A DNA stretch of 64,000 nt from Prorocentrum cordatum (lineage: Eukaryota): the NCBI GenBank assembly GCA_963575745.1, contig CAUYUJ010000038.1:1-64000 (forward strand). The letters run 5' to 3'. The stretch's first letter is position 1. Each line of letters begins with the position of its first letter. A model generated the notes under the pieces. The model searched no databases and was not told the origin of the DNA. It saw nothing but the letters and a program-made list of their open reading frames with translations. Below, piece after piece: positions 25,101 through 37,061 of the stretch. Made by a program: the position numbers and the translations under genes.

Positions 25101-28100
25101 CTTGGGTTGTGTTTGAGCAGTTTCTACAGCAGATTACCGACTTGGACGGAGACGATGAGGCGACCAAATCACGACTCATTGCAGAAGGCAACAGGTTGAA
25201 CGCCCACCGTGTAGGCCCTGCTGCCGAGAACCAACAGACCATCGAAGCATGCAAAACATTCTTCAGACAGAATGCATGGGATCGAGTGGCATTGGGGCAC
25301 GATCCCGATGTTCCGACTGCCGTATGGCGCGCGGCGGTTGAAGCGGACCAGCCAGCACCACCAGGCCCATTGCTTGAGCCACTACAGCCTGGCCCGCAAC
25401 CGATAGCCGTGCCAGAGCCATCAACGCATGGCCCGCTCCCAAACCGCACGCCAGCAGACCAGTCGCCAGCAGGACAGCTCCCGAAAGCCGAGACAGTCCC
25501 GATCCCCGATGACGGCACTGATTTAGATGCGATGGAGCTGGAGGCAACTCCTGCCGACGACGACCCTTCTCCACACACGGTGAATTTATTGTCGTGGCAG
25601 GACAGCTGCGAGAGTTCCATGTACGAGGACATCAGCCAGGTCGGGATGCTCGACAACGCATGCACTATTCGAGAGTACAAGCTTCAAGCAGGCATCGTGG
25701 ATGACCATCCGTACGTTTCTCCTGTATTGCGGGGTATATCTGCGACCAATGGATTTGCTTGCCTACAGAATGAGGAATGGTTCGATCAATTGCAACACGA
25801 CGATTGTGTGATTGCCCACGCTCCCGATATTGCACAATCTGGTTGTTTTCCGGAATGGAAGTGGATATCACTACCACATTACGACGATATACGTTATGGT
25901 CCTGAATTATTTGATGAGTGGCTCGGAGATCCTAAATACATGAGCAAAGACATCACGACGATGTTACGCCACGAGATCCACTACAAGAAGTTCCACATCA
26001 ATCAATTTCACGATCGACGTATCAACATATGGCCGAATACAACGGATCGTGAGTGGAAGATCCCAAGTAATTGGAAATCCTTTCAGGATGTGGTCAAATG
26101 GAAATTCAGTGATCGTAAAAGCCACAACGGACCATCCACCGATGCGGCCATGACGCACTTCAAAAAGGATGGTGAGAAAGATGGTACCCCGATTGGAATG
26201 ATTACTACCCGATATTCATCATTCGTGCGTTCCGGAAACATATTGACCCGCAGAAGAATCGGATTGATATATACGCCAAACCAATCCCCGAAGGAGGCGA
26301 CCCCAGCTGTTTCGATTGGAACAGCGTTATTGCCATTCGATGTGTTGGAGGCCACAGTTGCGTCAATCCACTTTCCAAACCATGGAACATGGGCTGGGAG
26401 AGCCTACAATGGACAGACGTGAAATACCTCCACCATGACACGACATTCCGTGTTTGGCGCAACATTCTCAAGACAGAGATCATTCCCGGCTATATCGATC
26501 CATCTTCTCAGAGAGACAAATATTATAAACCATCACCACGCACGGAGGCATTCTTCAGTTCCAGCACATATATAGACAATGTCCAGAAGAATCCCCACAC
26601 CTCGGTACAGTCATACAAGTTCAATCACTACAAGAACGAGGTCGAGCTGGTGATCAACATGGAGATTGCCACAAAAGCTGGTTGCAGATTTTGGTTGGGC
26701 GCCCAAGGCGCTATTATGACAGAAGACGTGGTTCCCGCAGCGGCAGTCATTGCAATTCGCCGTCTCCAACCACGCCACGCGCACGGCCAGCAGATATGGC
26801 CGGAGGGCCCGGCCTGGGACTATCCGCCATTGGCCGCGAGACAACCATTGAGCAAATGCGAAATGTGTGCCGTTCTTCCTGGGCAGGAGTTCATCGACAT
26901 CCCTCCTGGGATTACACCAGCTGACACGGATCACGACATGGATCAGCAGCCAAGGACACCATCAGCATCAGCATCTTCGGCTCAGCGACCGATTGCCCCT
27001 CAGCTGGGGGCAGCCCCTGCTGGCCGCATATCTGACGCCGACGCCTTGGACGAACAAATGGTCCGCGCTATGATCAACAATTGCGAGCACAATACAGAAG
27101 ATAAAGAATGGTTGATCGCTATGTCATACTGCCGAGAGGCTCTTCGACCCATCACATCAAATATTACACAGAAAGATTGGAATCGTCGGCCTATATTTAA
27201 TGATGTTTGCATGGGGGATTTCATTGTCACTAAGAATTGGGGATCTACCAATTGTTAGAATTATGACAAGCACTACCCCAAGGGCAATCACAACACCAAG
27301 GTCCTCATGAACAAGGGCCACATATACGGCCACATCATTCATTTCGGAGTCTTTGACATGTTCTTTGCGGTACAAATACCTATCCTCAACTACGGTTTAC
27401 GATGGGTAAACATATGGTACAACGACAAAAGCATGCCTCTCAAGGGCGTTGTCTTTGCTTTGCCAGTACGTGCCGACATCGACCCGAGAGATATGAATAT
27501 TGCGCTGGAAGGACCATCCTCATGCCGCGACAAAATACATCAGCATAAAACAGATGGTGATCTACCATATCTCGGAATGCCGAGCATTTATAAGCCACGT
27601 ATCCCACGTGCGCCGACCAGACGGCCCGCTCCTCGGACACCCGATCCCGAATAGCTGGTGGCCACACCTGCCGAGGATACTGCTCCCGCGGACGATGGAC
27701 CCCAACAAAAGGCAGGCCAATCTGCTGACCCTCTGGTTACCGTCATTGTGGATATATCAAACATCCCACTCACTGCCGAAGAGAAAGCAGCAAATGAAAA
27801 CATGAGATCAGATTTATCAGCAGAGATCCAGGCAGATGAGCACGTCGACGCGAGCATCCTCGACAATAGTATCGACCCTCCAGAGGACTCCCTCAACCAC
27901 CCCGACTACGACCCAGAGGAGGACTCAAAGTGGATCAAGCAATCATATGACCACCGCATATACCGCTGGGCATCGGAGTTGTTGGTGGACTCACCTATGA
28001 TAAAGGTGAAACAAGTCATTGAGGTGCACACGGGCGCTGATAAGATTGTGGCGGGTAAAGCACAGTCATACTTTCGATCTGGGATTCTATTTGGATCCAA

Positions 28101-30103
28101 AACATGGAGCGCGGAGACATACTATTTTGATTACAAGCATACCCACAAATGGGCACGTGACTTACCGATTTGCAGTGCAGATAGCTTCTTCAAAAAGTTG
28201 GTACACGATCTGGGCCCAGAGGTCATTGAGGAATCGACTACAGGCGTCTTCCAATGGATCTCTAAAGTGTATCAAATAATACGGCTGGACAGTATTGCTG
28301 AGCTTCGTGATTTCAGAAAAGATGCTATTCATCAGAACCATCCTGCACTCAAGACGTTGCGTGATCTATTTACACATTGCATCCAGACATTCGGTAACCC
28401 AGGCTTCCCCGTATGGAGGGAGCTGGTGGAAACACCTGCCGCGCCGCGTGACCCAGGCGCGGAGCAGAACATTCCCCAGGATCCAGGCAGCGTTGCATCC
28501 GCAGCTCCAGATCAGGAAACCATGGTACGGATCATAGCCCAACAGAAGGGAATCAACCGCGAGGAGGGTGACAACGAGTCCGCCTTGCAGGAAGAGGCTA
28601 GCCGTATCCGTACAGAAAACGCATGCCATGGTGATACTGACGACGCGGACAACGACACGACCGAGCGCGGTGGACTGCCAGGGGAAAGATTGTCCAGGAT
28701 CGAGATCGATGGAATGAGCAGATCGATCGCTTCCCGTCCGACCGCCGAGATCAACCGCGATGCCATCGATCAGATTTGCCGCAGTCTTGCTCGTGGTCGG
28801 GACACTCGCTGGGGTCTCGTGGGCACCTCACGATTGACGGAGCCCCAGAATATATTCAGCATGATACCGCGCGATGTCGGAATTGCGGTCGCATCTTATC
28901 CCTAGGGCTCGTTACAGATGAAGGTACCGTTTGTGACATATGCTGGCAGTACACCGTTGCCGTAGGTGCCACGGGTAAAAGCACCGCTGTCGAGAGCGAC
29001 CTGGCATACCTCCAGAAGCTGACCAACTGGATCAAGACGACGCTCTCCCAGGAGGGCATCACGAGGTACATGAGAGACGGAGCGCAGGTCATCATGATGG
29101 GCAAGCGCTCCGTTCCAGGCAATGAGAAAGACGTGCTGAGGAGAATGGCAAATGCTGCTAGGAAGAGGTATGAGAAGTGGGTCGCCGCTGGCTCCCCTCC
29201 TGCACACATGTGCAGATTGATGGGCGAGCGTGATGACGACAGACCTCTATACCATCCCTTTGCCAACCTCATTCAGCGCTTTCTCAATGATTTGAGTTCC
29301 ACCACCAAATGACATGCGCTCGTGCCAATAAAGACAATAACGCCTATACCATTGAGGACATGCGCGGCGCCTGTGAAATCCTCGAGACCAGCATCAGGAC
29401 TGGCCAAGCTGGTCGGAAGAAGTGGTGGTTGAACGCAGGCAGACTCGACCGAAGCACGCGGCAGGCGCGCGGACTTGTCACGATTGCCCTGCCCAGAGGG
29501 GATGGCACCCGTGAGAGAGTCACGCAGCGCAAGCTTGCCGCGCTTGCTTATGTTGAACCCGCCTTGGGTTCCACTGACCAGAGGGGGGTTGATTCAGGGA
29601 TGAGAAGCGATCCGATCGAACCTGATACATACTCCCAACACTCTGATGATGCCATGGAGCCACGCATGCCGCGGCACCCGCCGCCGCCGCCGCGCCACGC
29701 TCCTGGCGACGCTGCAGGGCCCAGCGCCTCAGGCGCGCAGGACTACATGCCCGCGGGGCCGCGCGGCACTGCAGCGCAGCGGCAGGACAGCGACGACAGC
29801 CGCAGACCTGCTACGCCTCCCCGCGCCAAGAGGGCGCGCACGACGGAGGACTACGCTAGATGGTGGCGCGACGACCTGGAGGACAGCCAGTGGGGCCCCA
29901 GATACTGGAGCTACTACATTAAATGCTGGATATACATCGCGGACAACAACGGCGAGTTCGTATACGTCCGCGACATCCAGTACAATGAGTGGTTCCGCCA
30001 CTGGATCCCGAGGGCGCCTTGGGAGACCTTCACGACGAGCTACGCGTCGCACGACGGCCACAGGATGTGGGACCGCAGGTTCTACGAGAGGGGCAACGCG
30101 TAG
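22123..30103 (+). pseudogene. Extra ~2,600-codon ORF inside the LTR element, interrupted by single stops and about four frameshifts; contains Tpt1/KptA-like, possible SGNH-like and CxxC zinc-ribbon segments
   Basis: ORFs 23831-24706 and 24770-26422 share a frame and are split by one TAG. ORFs 26389-27258, 27307-27654 and 27658-28905 share a frame and are split by single TAGs. The remaining ORFs overlap at frameshifts. Intronless and sense to pol. Confidence 0.8.
25940..26760 (+). pseudogene. Tpt1/KptA RNA 2'-phosphotransferase-like domain
   Basis: Family motifs in order: SKDITTMLRH (cf. SKxLSxxLRH), DPQKNRIDI (cf. DKxRF), IRCVGGHS at 26335-26358 (cf. IRANQGHS), YLHHDT at 26425-26442 (cf. LYHGT), NILKTEIIPG (cf. 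SIxxxGLxP), RTEAFFS (cf. RxHVHLS), and VINMEIATKAGCRFWLGAQGAIMTEDVVP (cf. IDxxxMxxxGxxFYxSxNGVWLTxxVP). Confidence 0.8.
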
Positions 30104-30800
30104 TAGAGTCGACCGCCAGGCCCACCGCTCGAAAGGCTTGAACTTCATCATTATACAAGTTCGCCTCGAGCGGTGGCTATTATATTCTTTTAGGCCACTT
30201 CACTATCCAAGACAAGTGGCCACACACACACAGATCCTTGCGATACCCAAAGCAGTCCCCTAAGGAGCAACGCCAACGGGAGTCGCCAAATACAGAATTT
30301 ATATATATGCAACTTTTTCGTGTTTATCAACACGACTTTGCGTCTGGCCAGACATTTGCTTTGATATTTAAACGTGTTTCTAAACGCGATAATGTTCATC
30401 AACACGACCTCCGAATATTTTTTTCTCGTTTATTCGTTAGACTTTACTTACATTGCGTTGAGAATGATATGATACCCAGCTCTCGACAGAGAGCTGGTGG
30501 CACCACCTGCCCCGCTTAGGCGCGGCAGCTTCTGATGTTGCTTTAACTGGCTCAGATCCTCTTTCTCCGCCCACCCGTGTCTCATTCTTCTCCGCCCTCG
30601 AGTGCCGAAGCGTTTTTGGGGGGCGCACCGAGGGGGCGCCAAAGCGTGCTTGGCGAAGAAATCGGGACCCTGGGTGTTCCTTCTTACCTTACCTTGCAGC
30701 TGAGGCTATACTGATTTTGCGTTCAGCTGCCTGACATAATTGAGGATTAGAGGAGTAAAAGGGTGACGGGATCTTTTCCTCTATTCCCGAGTCCTACCAT

Positions 30801-30824
30801 GCGGGCGGGATTCGGGACGGGGTG
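30801..30824 (+). promoter_or_regulatory. G-rich polypurine-tract-like plus-strand primer region
   Basis: GCGGGCGGGATTCGGGACGGGGTG directly precedes the 3' LTR. Confidence 0.6.
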
Positions 30825-31021
30825 TGTGAATAGAACCCGTGTAATACCTTCATATATACTCCTTATCCTCACCTCTCCTGCGCCTGGCCGTTTGGGCTCA
30901 GGTATTGGGACAGATCGATCAGACCTTTGATCGTGCAGGAGGGAAAGACATCCATCTATCCCTCCTTCCCTCTACCAACGGATCAGGGGTTCTGTACCCT
31001 TGTACTTCAACCCCATTCACA
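30825..31021 (+). repeat. 3' LTR
   Basis: 197 bp, about 97% identical to 12978-13174, followed by the TSD CCCAG. Confidence 0.97.
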
Positions 31022-31698
31022 CCCAGCGCCATTGCCCAGAGCTTTTGCGAGCCCCCGCCCCGCGGTGCGGAGCGACACGCTATCCGCTAGAAGAGCGTGG
31101 CGTATCGCCGGGGCCGCCGCCAGTACACGCTGAGCAAAAGTTCCCGACCGTAAGGTTTTTGGACCTCAAGCATCTCTTTTGGCGCGCCTGAATGGAAATT
31201 TTACGAGATCGCATTTCGTGCTCAATCGAATCATTGATCAGGGTCGCTTCTGGCCAGTCTGTTTCAAAATGAACGATCGAACATCTACTCAGAAAATTCG
31301 GCGTTCAACGGAGAGAGGGCGATGACAACGGGAGGAGTGCGCTAATTCGCCCCTCCTTCTTTCTGGCGCTTTCCCCGCGACCCACCAGCGACCCGGCCCG
31401 CGATCCACTCGCGGCCCCGCCTGCGTACATTGGCCGCTGCCCACCTGCGTGCCCGCCTCCCGCCTCTGACCTGGCTTGCGACCCAGTCGCGACCCAGCTG
31501 GCAACCCACTTGCGACCCAATCTTGATCCACCTGCGATCCAGCACGCGACCCACTCGGCGCTCCTCCCCCGCCCTCCTCCCCCACTCCGCCTTCTACTCG
31601 TCCTCCTCCTCTTCCCCCTCCGCTTCCTCCTCCTCCTTCTCCCTTTCTCCGCCTCTTCGTCCTCCTCCTCCCCTTCATCCTCCTTCTCCTCCTTCTCC

Positions 31699-31720
31699 TC
31701 CGTAGCCATGTTGGCTCAAT
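31699..31720 (+). other. Relict DinoSL at the 5' end of a LINE
   Basis: TCCGTAGCCATGTTGGCTCAAT matches DinoSL at 20/22 positions. Confidence 0.85.
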
Positions 31721-34700
31721 GCGATGATTCCCCCGTGGGCCAGAGTGGAGACCTCTGATCCGAGGCGAGTAAAATAGTTCAGTTTGGCAGGTCTTCTCCG
31801 CCTTCTCCGCGGGACCTGGGCCCCCGCACAGAAGCATTCCTGCTCTCCTGCATCGTGACGACCTCGTGCAGTCGCGCTGGCGGGTAAATTGTGGAGTTTC
31901 CAGTTCCTGCCACCCCGACTGCTGATGCCATGCCGACGTCTGGAGCAAGGTCAGACTCACCTGAGCGTGATGAGAATGATGAGTGATCACAGCCGCAGCG
32001 GTCGCAGTGCTGCTGACAGCCTACCTGAGTCTAGGCGCCGCCGTCGACGTCGCCAGGGACACGGAGGTGCTCCACGTGGCGACCGCAGGACCCGTCGTGC
32101 TCAAGAGGGACCCGCTGCCGCAAGATCCGCTGCCGCCAGTGCCACGCTCGCGGCCATGGGTGACCCTGCTGTTTTCGTCGCCGACCGCGACGTGGCCGCC
32201 ACCTTCCCAAGTCAGGAGTTGCACGTTGGCGCTGGAGTGGTGGCTGCTCCCGCTATGCGGGTGAACCCCATGGCCAGCTGTGAGCCCTGGCGGCAGGCCA
32301 TCCCCATTCACACACCTCCTGGGGCGGGTCGAGAGGCGGCAAGCAGCTCGAGCGTACCACAGTCAGGAGGCCTGGAAGATTCTATCCAGCGGATCGTTGC
32401 AGCTCAGCTCGCTTCCACGGAGTCAGCGCTTGAGTCCACAGTCTCCAACATCGTTCAGCCGTCTTTCTCAGCAATGCAGACGTCGCTGCTGGCCAGCCTC
32501 ATCTCCACCATGCGCACGGAGATGTCGCCGATGCATACGAAGCACTTTGAGCACTTTGAGCTTGAGAGGTCCGTCGCGGTCTGCCAGGCGTCCTCCAACA
32601 AGATCCAGCAATGTCAGGTCAATATGCGGGCAACCTTCGAGAAGACGGAGGACTTGCTCGCAATCGCGGAGGCGGAGACGCCACCGTGTTCCCTCCAGCA
32701 ACTGGCAGACTGGGACCGTGCAGCTGAGTCCACCATCTCCACGTGTGGCTCCCCCAGCATCTTCAGCTCGGGTGCGCTGCGGGCCGCCGTCGCCGATTAG
32801 TTCCACGCTGCGGGTGTAACTGCATATTGCATGCACATCGTCGGCCCCAGCGCCCCCAACCGCCGCTTCAGCATCCAGATCGAAGGTGGTCCTGAGGCGC
32901 CCGCACGCGCGTTGGCTCTCACGAAGGCGCTCAAGATGGGCTGCATGTGGAGGGATTTCTCGGTGCTGCACATGGAGCGCAACCCCAGGCCTCTCCATCT
33001 CAGTGGTGGCAAGTCGCCCAAAGACACCCGTCGCGAGATCCAGGCCGAGAAATTGCACCGTATCCCCACGGATGCACGACCTGAATTTCCATGGCGCTGC
33101 CAACGGGCTCGAGGGACCACCGTGGCGGAGACCATGCCAGTGCGCGGACTCAAGACCGGCAGCGATGCCAACGAACCCATCAATATCGATTGGGACCCAG
33201 AGGCCACCCAGCAATTCAGCATCGACCACGAGCGCTACAAGGTACAGTTCGCCAATATGTTGGCCAGCCCGGCTGGCCAGCTCGACGCGAGTGTGTGTGT
33301 GTGTGTGCGTGGCATATTTGGCGAACGCTGGTCTCCATGGAAGATTGGATTGCCCCGTCGAGCGCAGGCTGGCCTGAATATTGTTTCTTTGGATGCCCGC
33401 TCTTTGCTATGCACCAGGCGTCGTACTCTTGTTTGAAAGTTTTGCCACATTCTTCCTCTTCTGCGTCAACGTGCGGTGCTCGCGCTTCAGGAAGTGCGAA
33501 GGAGCCGCCTGTTGCTGCTTGAGACTCTCATGCGCTGCAAGGTCAATCACCACGTCTTCTAATCAGCTTGTGGGGCTACCTTCGCAGGCGCTGGTTGGGC
33601 GGTTATTATTGCGCCTGCGCCTGATGCAGAGGTGCTCGAGGCCACTCCAGATCACGAACGTCCGAGATTCGATCATACCGTCTTGGTTTTGGGTCGTGCT
33701 CGCGTTCTTCGTAATCGCAATTCTCGGTGGGGTTGCCCCCTATCGCTCGTGAGCATGCATGAGTTTGAGTTCTCGAGTGAGTCATTGGATATCATGGCAG
33801 ATTGTTGGCACGCCCCCTCCCGGTGGGCACATGAAGCCCATGCACATCTCGCCTTCGTGGCAATCGGTGATCCCAATCTCAATGCGTCGGCCACTGCTGA
33901 TTATCTGCGCCCGCAGGCTGCCCGGCATGCACGCGCCGCAGATCGATGCCGCCAGCACCTTCCGCAGTGGAATGCGATGTTCAATGATGGCATGGATGAT
34001 ATTGTGAGTGACCAGCTGGCCAGATATGCGAAGGACTCCTCCGCGGCGACCACCGTCGATCGTGCTTGCCTGTCGCTGCCTGGTCAATGTATGAAACGGT
34101 GGATGTGCGATCTTGAAATTCACAGGGAGGCTGCTGATTTCTCGGGTTGGTTGCTCACTGATCAGGCTATCGTCCATCTCCGAGTCCGTGCCCGCCAGCC
34201 TCGTGCACGGCGTGAACAGACCATCCCTTTTCACCTTTTTTCAAATTCAAGCAGTACGCTGTCCTTCTCAATGCCATGATGGAGGAGCTTAGCAAGTGCG
34301 CGCTGCCACCAGAGCTTCTCGTGTCAGAGAATACGCGGCCCATGGAGAAAAAAACGGTAGCCATGGCTTGTAACGCTCTCTCTTTTTTTTTCTCTCTCTC
34401 TCTCTCTCTCTCGGTTCCCCGATGGCGTTGGGCGGCTCTCGAGCGATGCTGAGAGACTCACGTTGCGCAGTATTGCTCGTTGTTTTTGGCGTCGGGATCG
34501 ACGGGCTGCTCGCGCGCTTATTCTTCGCGCTGGGCTCGGCCGCCCGCGCTCTCAAGTCACAGGCGAAGGGGTGCGTCATCTTCTGCCCGAGGAGTTCACG
34601 GACACCTGTGAGACGCAGAATCGCAAATGGCACGAGCAGCAAGTGGCAATGGTTACGCGACGCATCTCCTTCCTGAGCGACGCGATGGAGGGACTGGTCC

Positions 34701-36800
34701 TACCATGACATGCGCTCCAGATGCCTTCCCTGGAGCAGCTCCGACACGCTTTCCGCCGTGCTCGCCGCGCGGCCCCTGGGCCTGATGGCCTGCCTGTGGA
34801 TGCGCGGCCACCTTCCACCATGGCAACGGACAATGTATACCCGCTGCTCGAGAGGATGTTCTCTGGCGCAGCGCTGAGCGCAGGAATCGACGACAGCCTC
34901 GTCGCCTTTATCCCCAAGGGTGCGGCGGACGCGAGCAGGTCCGACTTGCTCGACTGCGCCCGCGCTCCCAGTGCGACGCGGCGACTGAGTTTTGAAAAAC
35001 CAGGATGCGAAAGCAATTGCGTCTGCTATCAACTATCTGCTTAAATCGGTGCCTGAGGCAAGGACTGAGCGGCCCCAGCATGGTTTCACTTCTGGCCGGA
35101 ATTTCACGAGCCACATTTTGACGATGGACGCAGCGGCTAGGATTGCCTCCTTGGACCCAAACGCGGACCGAGATCTGCCAGTTTTTATATGTTTGGATTT
35201 TGTCTCTGGCTTCTCCAGCCTCAGCCGTAGGTTTCTCTGTCGTGTTCTTCGCCGGCTTAACACCTCGGTTTGATTTGAACTCGCCTTTCAAGCGACGTAT
35301 GACCAGATGGTCGGATGGATCCGCGTTGGAGGTCAGAGCCAGCTCTCGATCCCCATCCGTTCTGGCGTTGCACAAGGATGCCCTTTAAGCGAAACCCTGA
35401 GGGTTCTCGGACTCGACCACTTCCTCCGCATTCTCGCTCGCCCACCCCCCTCTCTTTCGGTGGGCGCCATGGGTGCCTGTGCGGACGACATCGGCACCAT
35501 TCTTCAAGAGTTTAGTTCGGTGGCGGTCCTCGAGCCCCCATTCCGCCGTTTCCGGCACGTTGCCACTCTATGCCTGTTGTCTCTGATTTGCGTCGTGGTG
35601 CAATTTTGCATTACGTCGTGGTTGCTCCGTTCTAGGGGGCCCTCATTGGACCAATGGCAACGCCCGATAGCATCTGGGACTGCCCCTGTCAGAAGTACGT
35701 CGCTCGCTGTATGGAGTCAAGTATTTTCGCGAGTTCAGCTGACACAGGCGCCCGACAATGCAACTCGTCAATCGCCTCGCGCATGTCATAAATCTGCCTG
35801 CCAGTTTTATCGCTTCCCGAGGATCATTCTGAAGAGGGAGCTTTAGGGCATCCATACGTGCCTTCCTCTCCCACTTGACTCCTTCGCTCTCCCCGAGTTC
35901 CTTCCCCTGTCCACTTTGCCCCCCTCTCCCGCCCTTGCTTCACTGGCGGCCACGGCCCTTGCGTGTGCCTGGCGCACGGCTAACGTCACTCTCGCATGTC
36001 TGGCCAGGGCGGTTGACCCGTCTGCAAGAGGTTGGCGATGCCCTGGCAAGCCGCGTGGATCACATCTCCTTGCTCGGAGTACTCCAACGGGAGTTTTGCA
36101 CGCCGTATTTGCAGATGAAACAGAGCACCGCTCAGTTCTACGCGCTCCTGATGGAGCGGCCCTCCCGTGCGATTCCGCTCACCACCGCTCAGCTTCAAGT
36201 TGCTGCGACCCGTGCTGCAGAGGCCAGAGAGGAGGCTGTGGCCAATGCCCAGCGTCCCCAAACTCAAGGATTTTTTCTGCAGACGATGAGCCTTGAGGTT
36301 CATCCAGATCAGGTCGAGCATCTCATTGCTAGGCGACTAAGGTCGTTGTTCAGGATCCTTCCCGCTCTTCACCTTTGTCTGCGTTGAGGTTCGGCTCGGG
36401 AGAATATGCGCCGTGCTCCTCCGGCTCTTCGCTGGCAGTACATGAAGACGATCGCGGGAGGTTGGACCACCACTGACAGAATGCACGCCTCTGGAAAATG
36501 CTGTAGCTGCATTTTTGGATGCGACCGACCCGATCAGATCGCCCACTACCTCCGTTGTCCCCGTATTGTCCTCCTCGTCTGTCGTCCTCGCAGTGTCTTC
36601 CCCCACTGTCCTCTTTTCCGCCTTGGTCTCGGGTTGCCGTCCCAATATCTTGCGTGTGATCTGACACGTGAGAATGCCTTCCTTGCCACCGCTTTCTCTT
36701 TCTTCATTGACCATATCTCTAAGGATTGGGCGCGTAGGCAAGGTGGCTCAGCCATTGCTGTACACCAACAACTAAAGGTACTACTCACCGTCGGGACAAG
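31699..36800 (+). mobile_element. Decayed near-full-length non-LTR retrotransposon (ORF1-like region, APE endonuclease, RT, C-terminal Cys/His motif)
   Basis: APE remnants NIVSLDARSL, LALQEVR, AIGDPN, TTVDRACL, LTDQAIV (33370-34200). RT remnants APGPDGLP, AFIPKG, QHGFTSGRN, ICLDF, SGVAQGCPLS, ACADDIG (34720-35560). C-terminal CIFGCDRPDQIAHYLRCP. Many frameshifts. Confidence 0.88.
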
Positions 36801-37061
36801 ATGCCTGAGTTTAGTCTCCTGCCGCCTGGGCCGAATGCGAGCCAGCCCTACGGTTGGCGGGCATGAGGATCAAAGACATCTGGAATCTACTGGCGCTCCT
36901 CCTCCTCCTCCTCTTCCTTCTCCTCCTCCTCCTCCTCCTCCTCCTCCTCCTCCTCCTCCTCCTCCTCCTCCTCCTCTCCTTCTCCTCCTCCAACCCCTTC
37001 TCCTCCTCGTCCTCCTCTTCTTCCTCCTCCTCCTCCTCCTCCTCCCCATTTTTCGGCGCAG

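Larger units (their letters stand above)
12978..31021 (+). mobile_element. Giant (18,044 bp) Ty1/copia LTR retrotransposon, structurally complete, coding frames interrupted
   Basis: Paired 197-bp LTRs (TGTGAAT...ATTCACA), 5-bp TSD CCCAG at 12973-12977 and 31022-31026, PBS and G-rich PPT, domain order PR-IN-RT-RH. Confidence 0.97.

Noticed and set aside
16634..27654. Alternative genetic code with TAR read as Gln
   Set aside because: Frameshifts and TGA stops co-occur, long ORFs end in TAA or TAG, and the host Sec7 exons contain no in-frame TAR.
22123..30103. env gene
   Set aside because: No clear signal peptide or transmembrane helix is visible; the motifs point to enzymatic domains.
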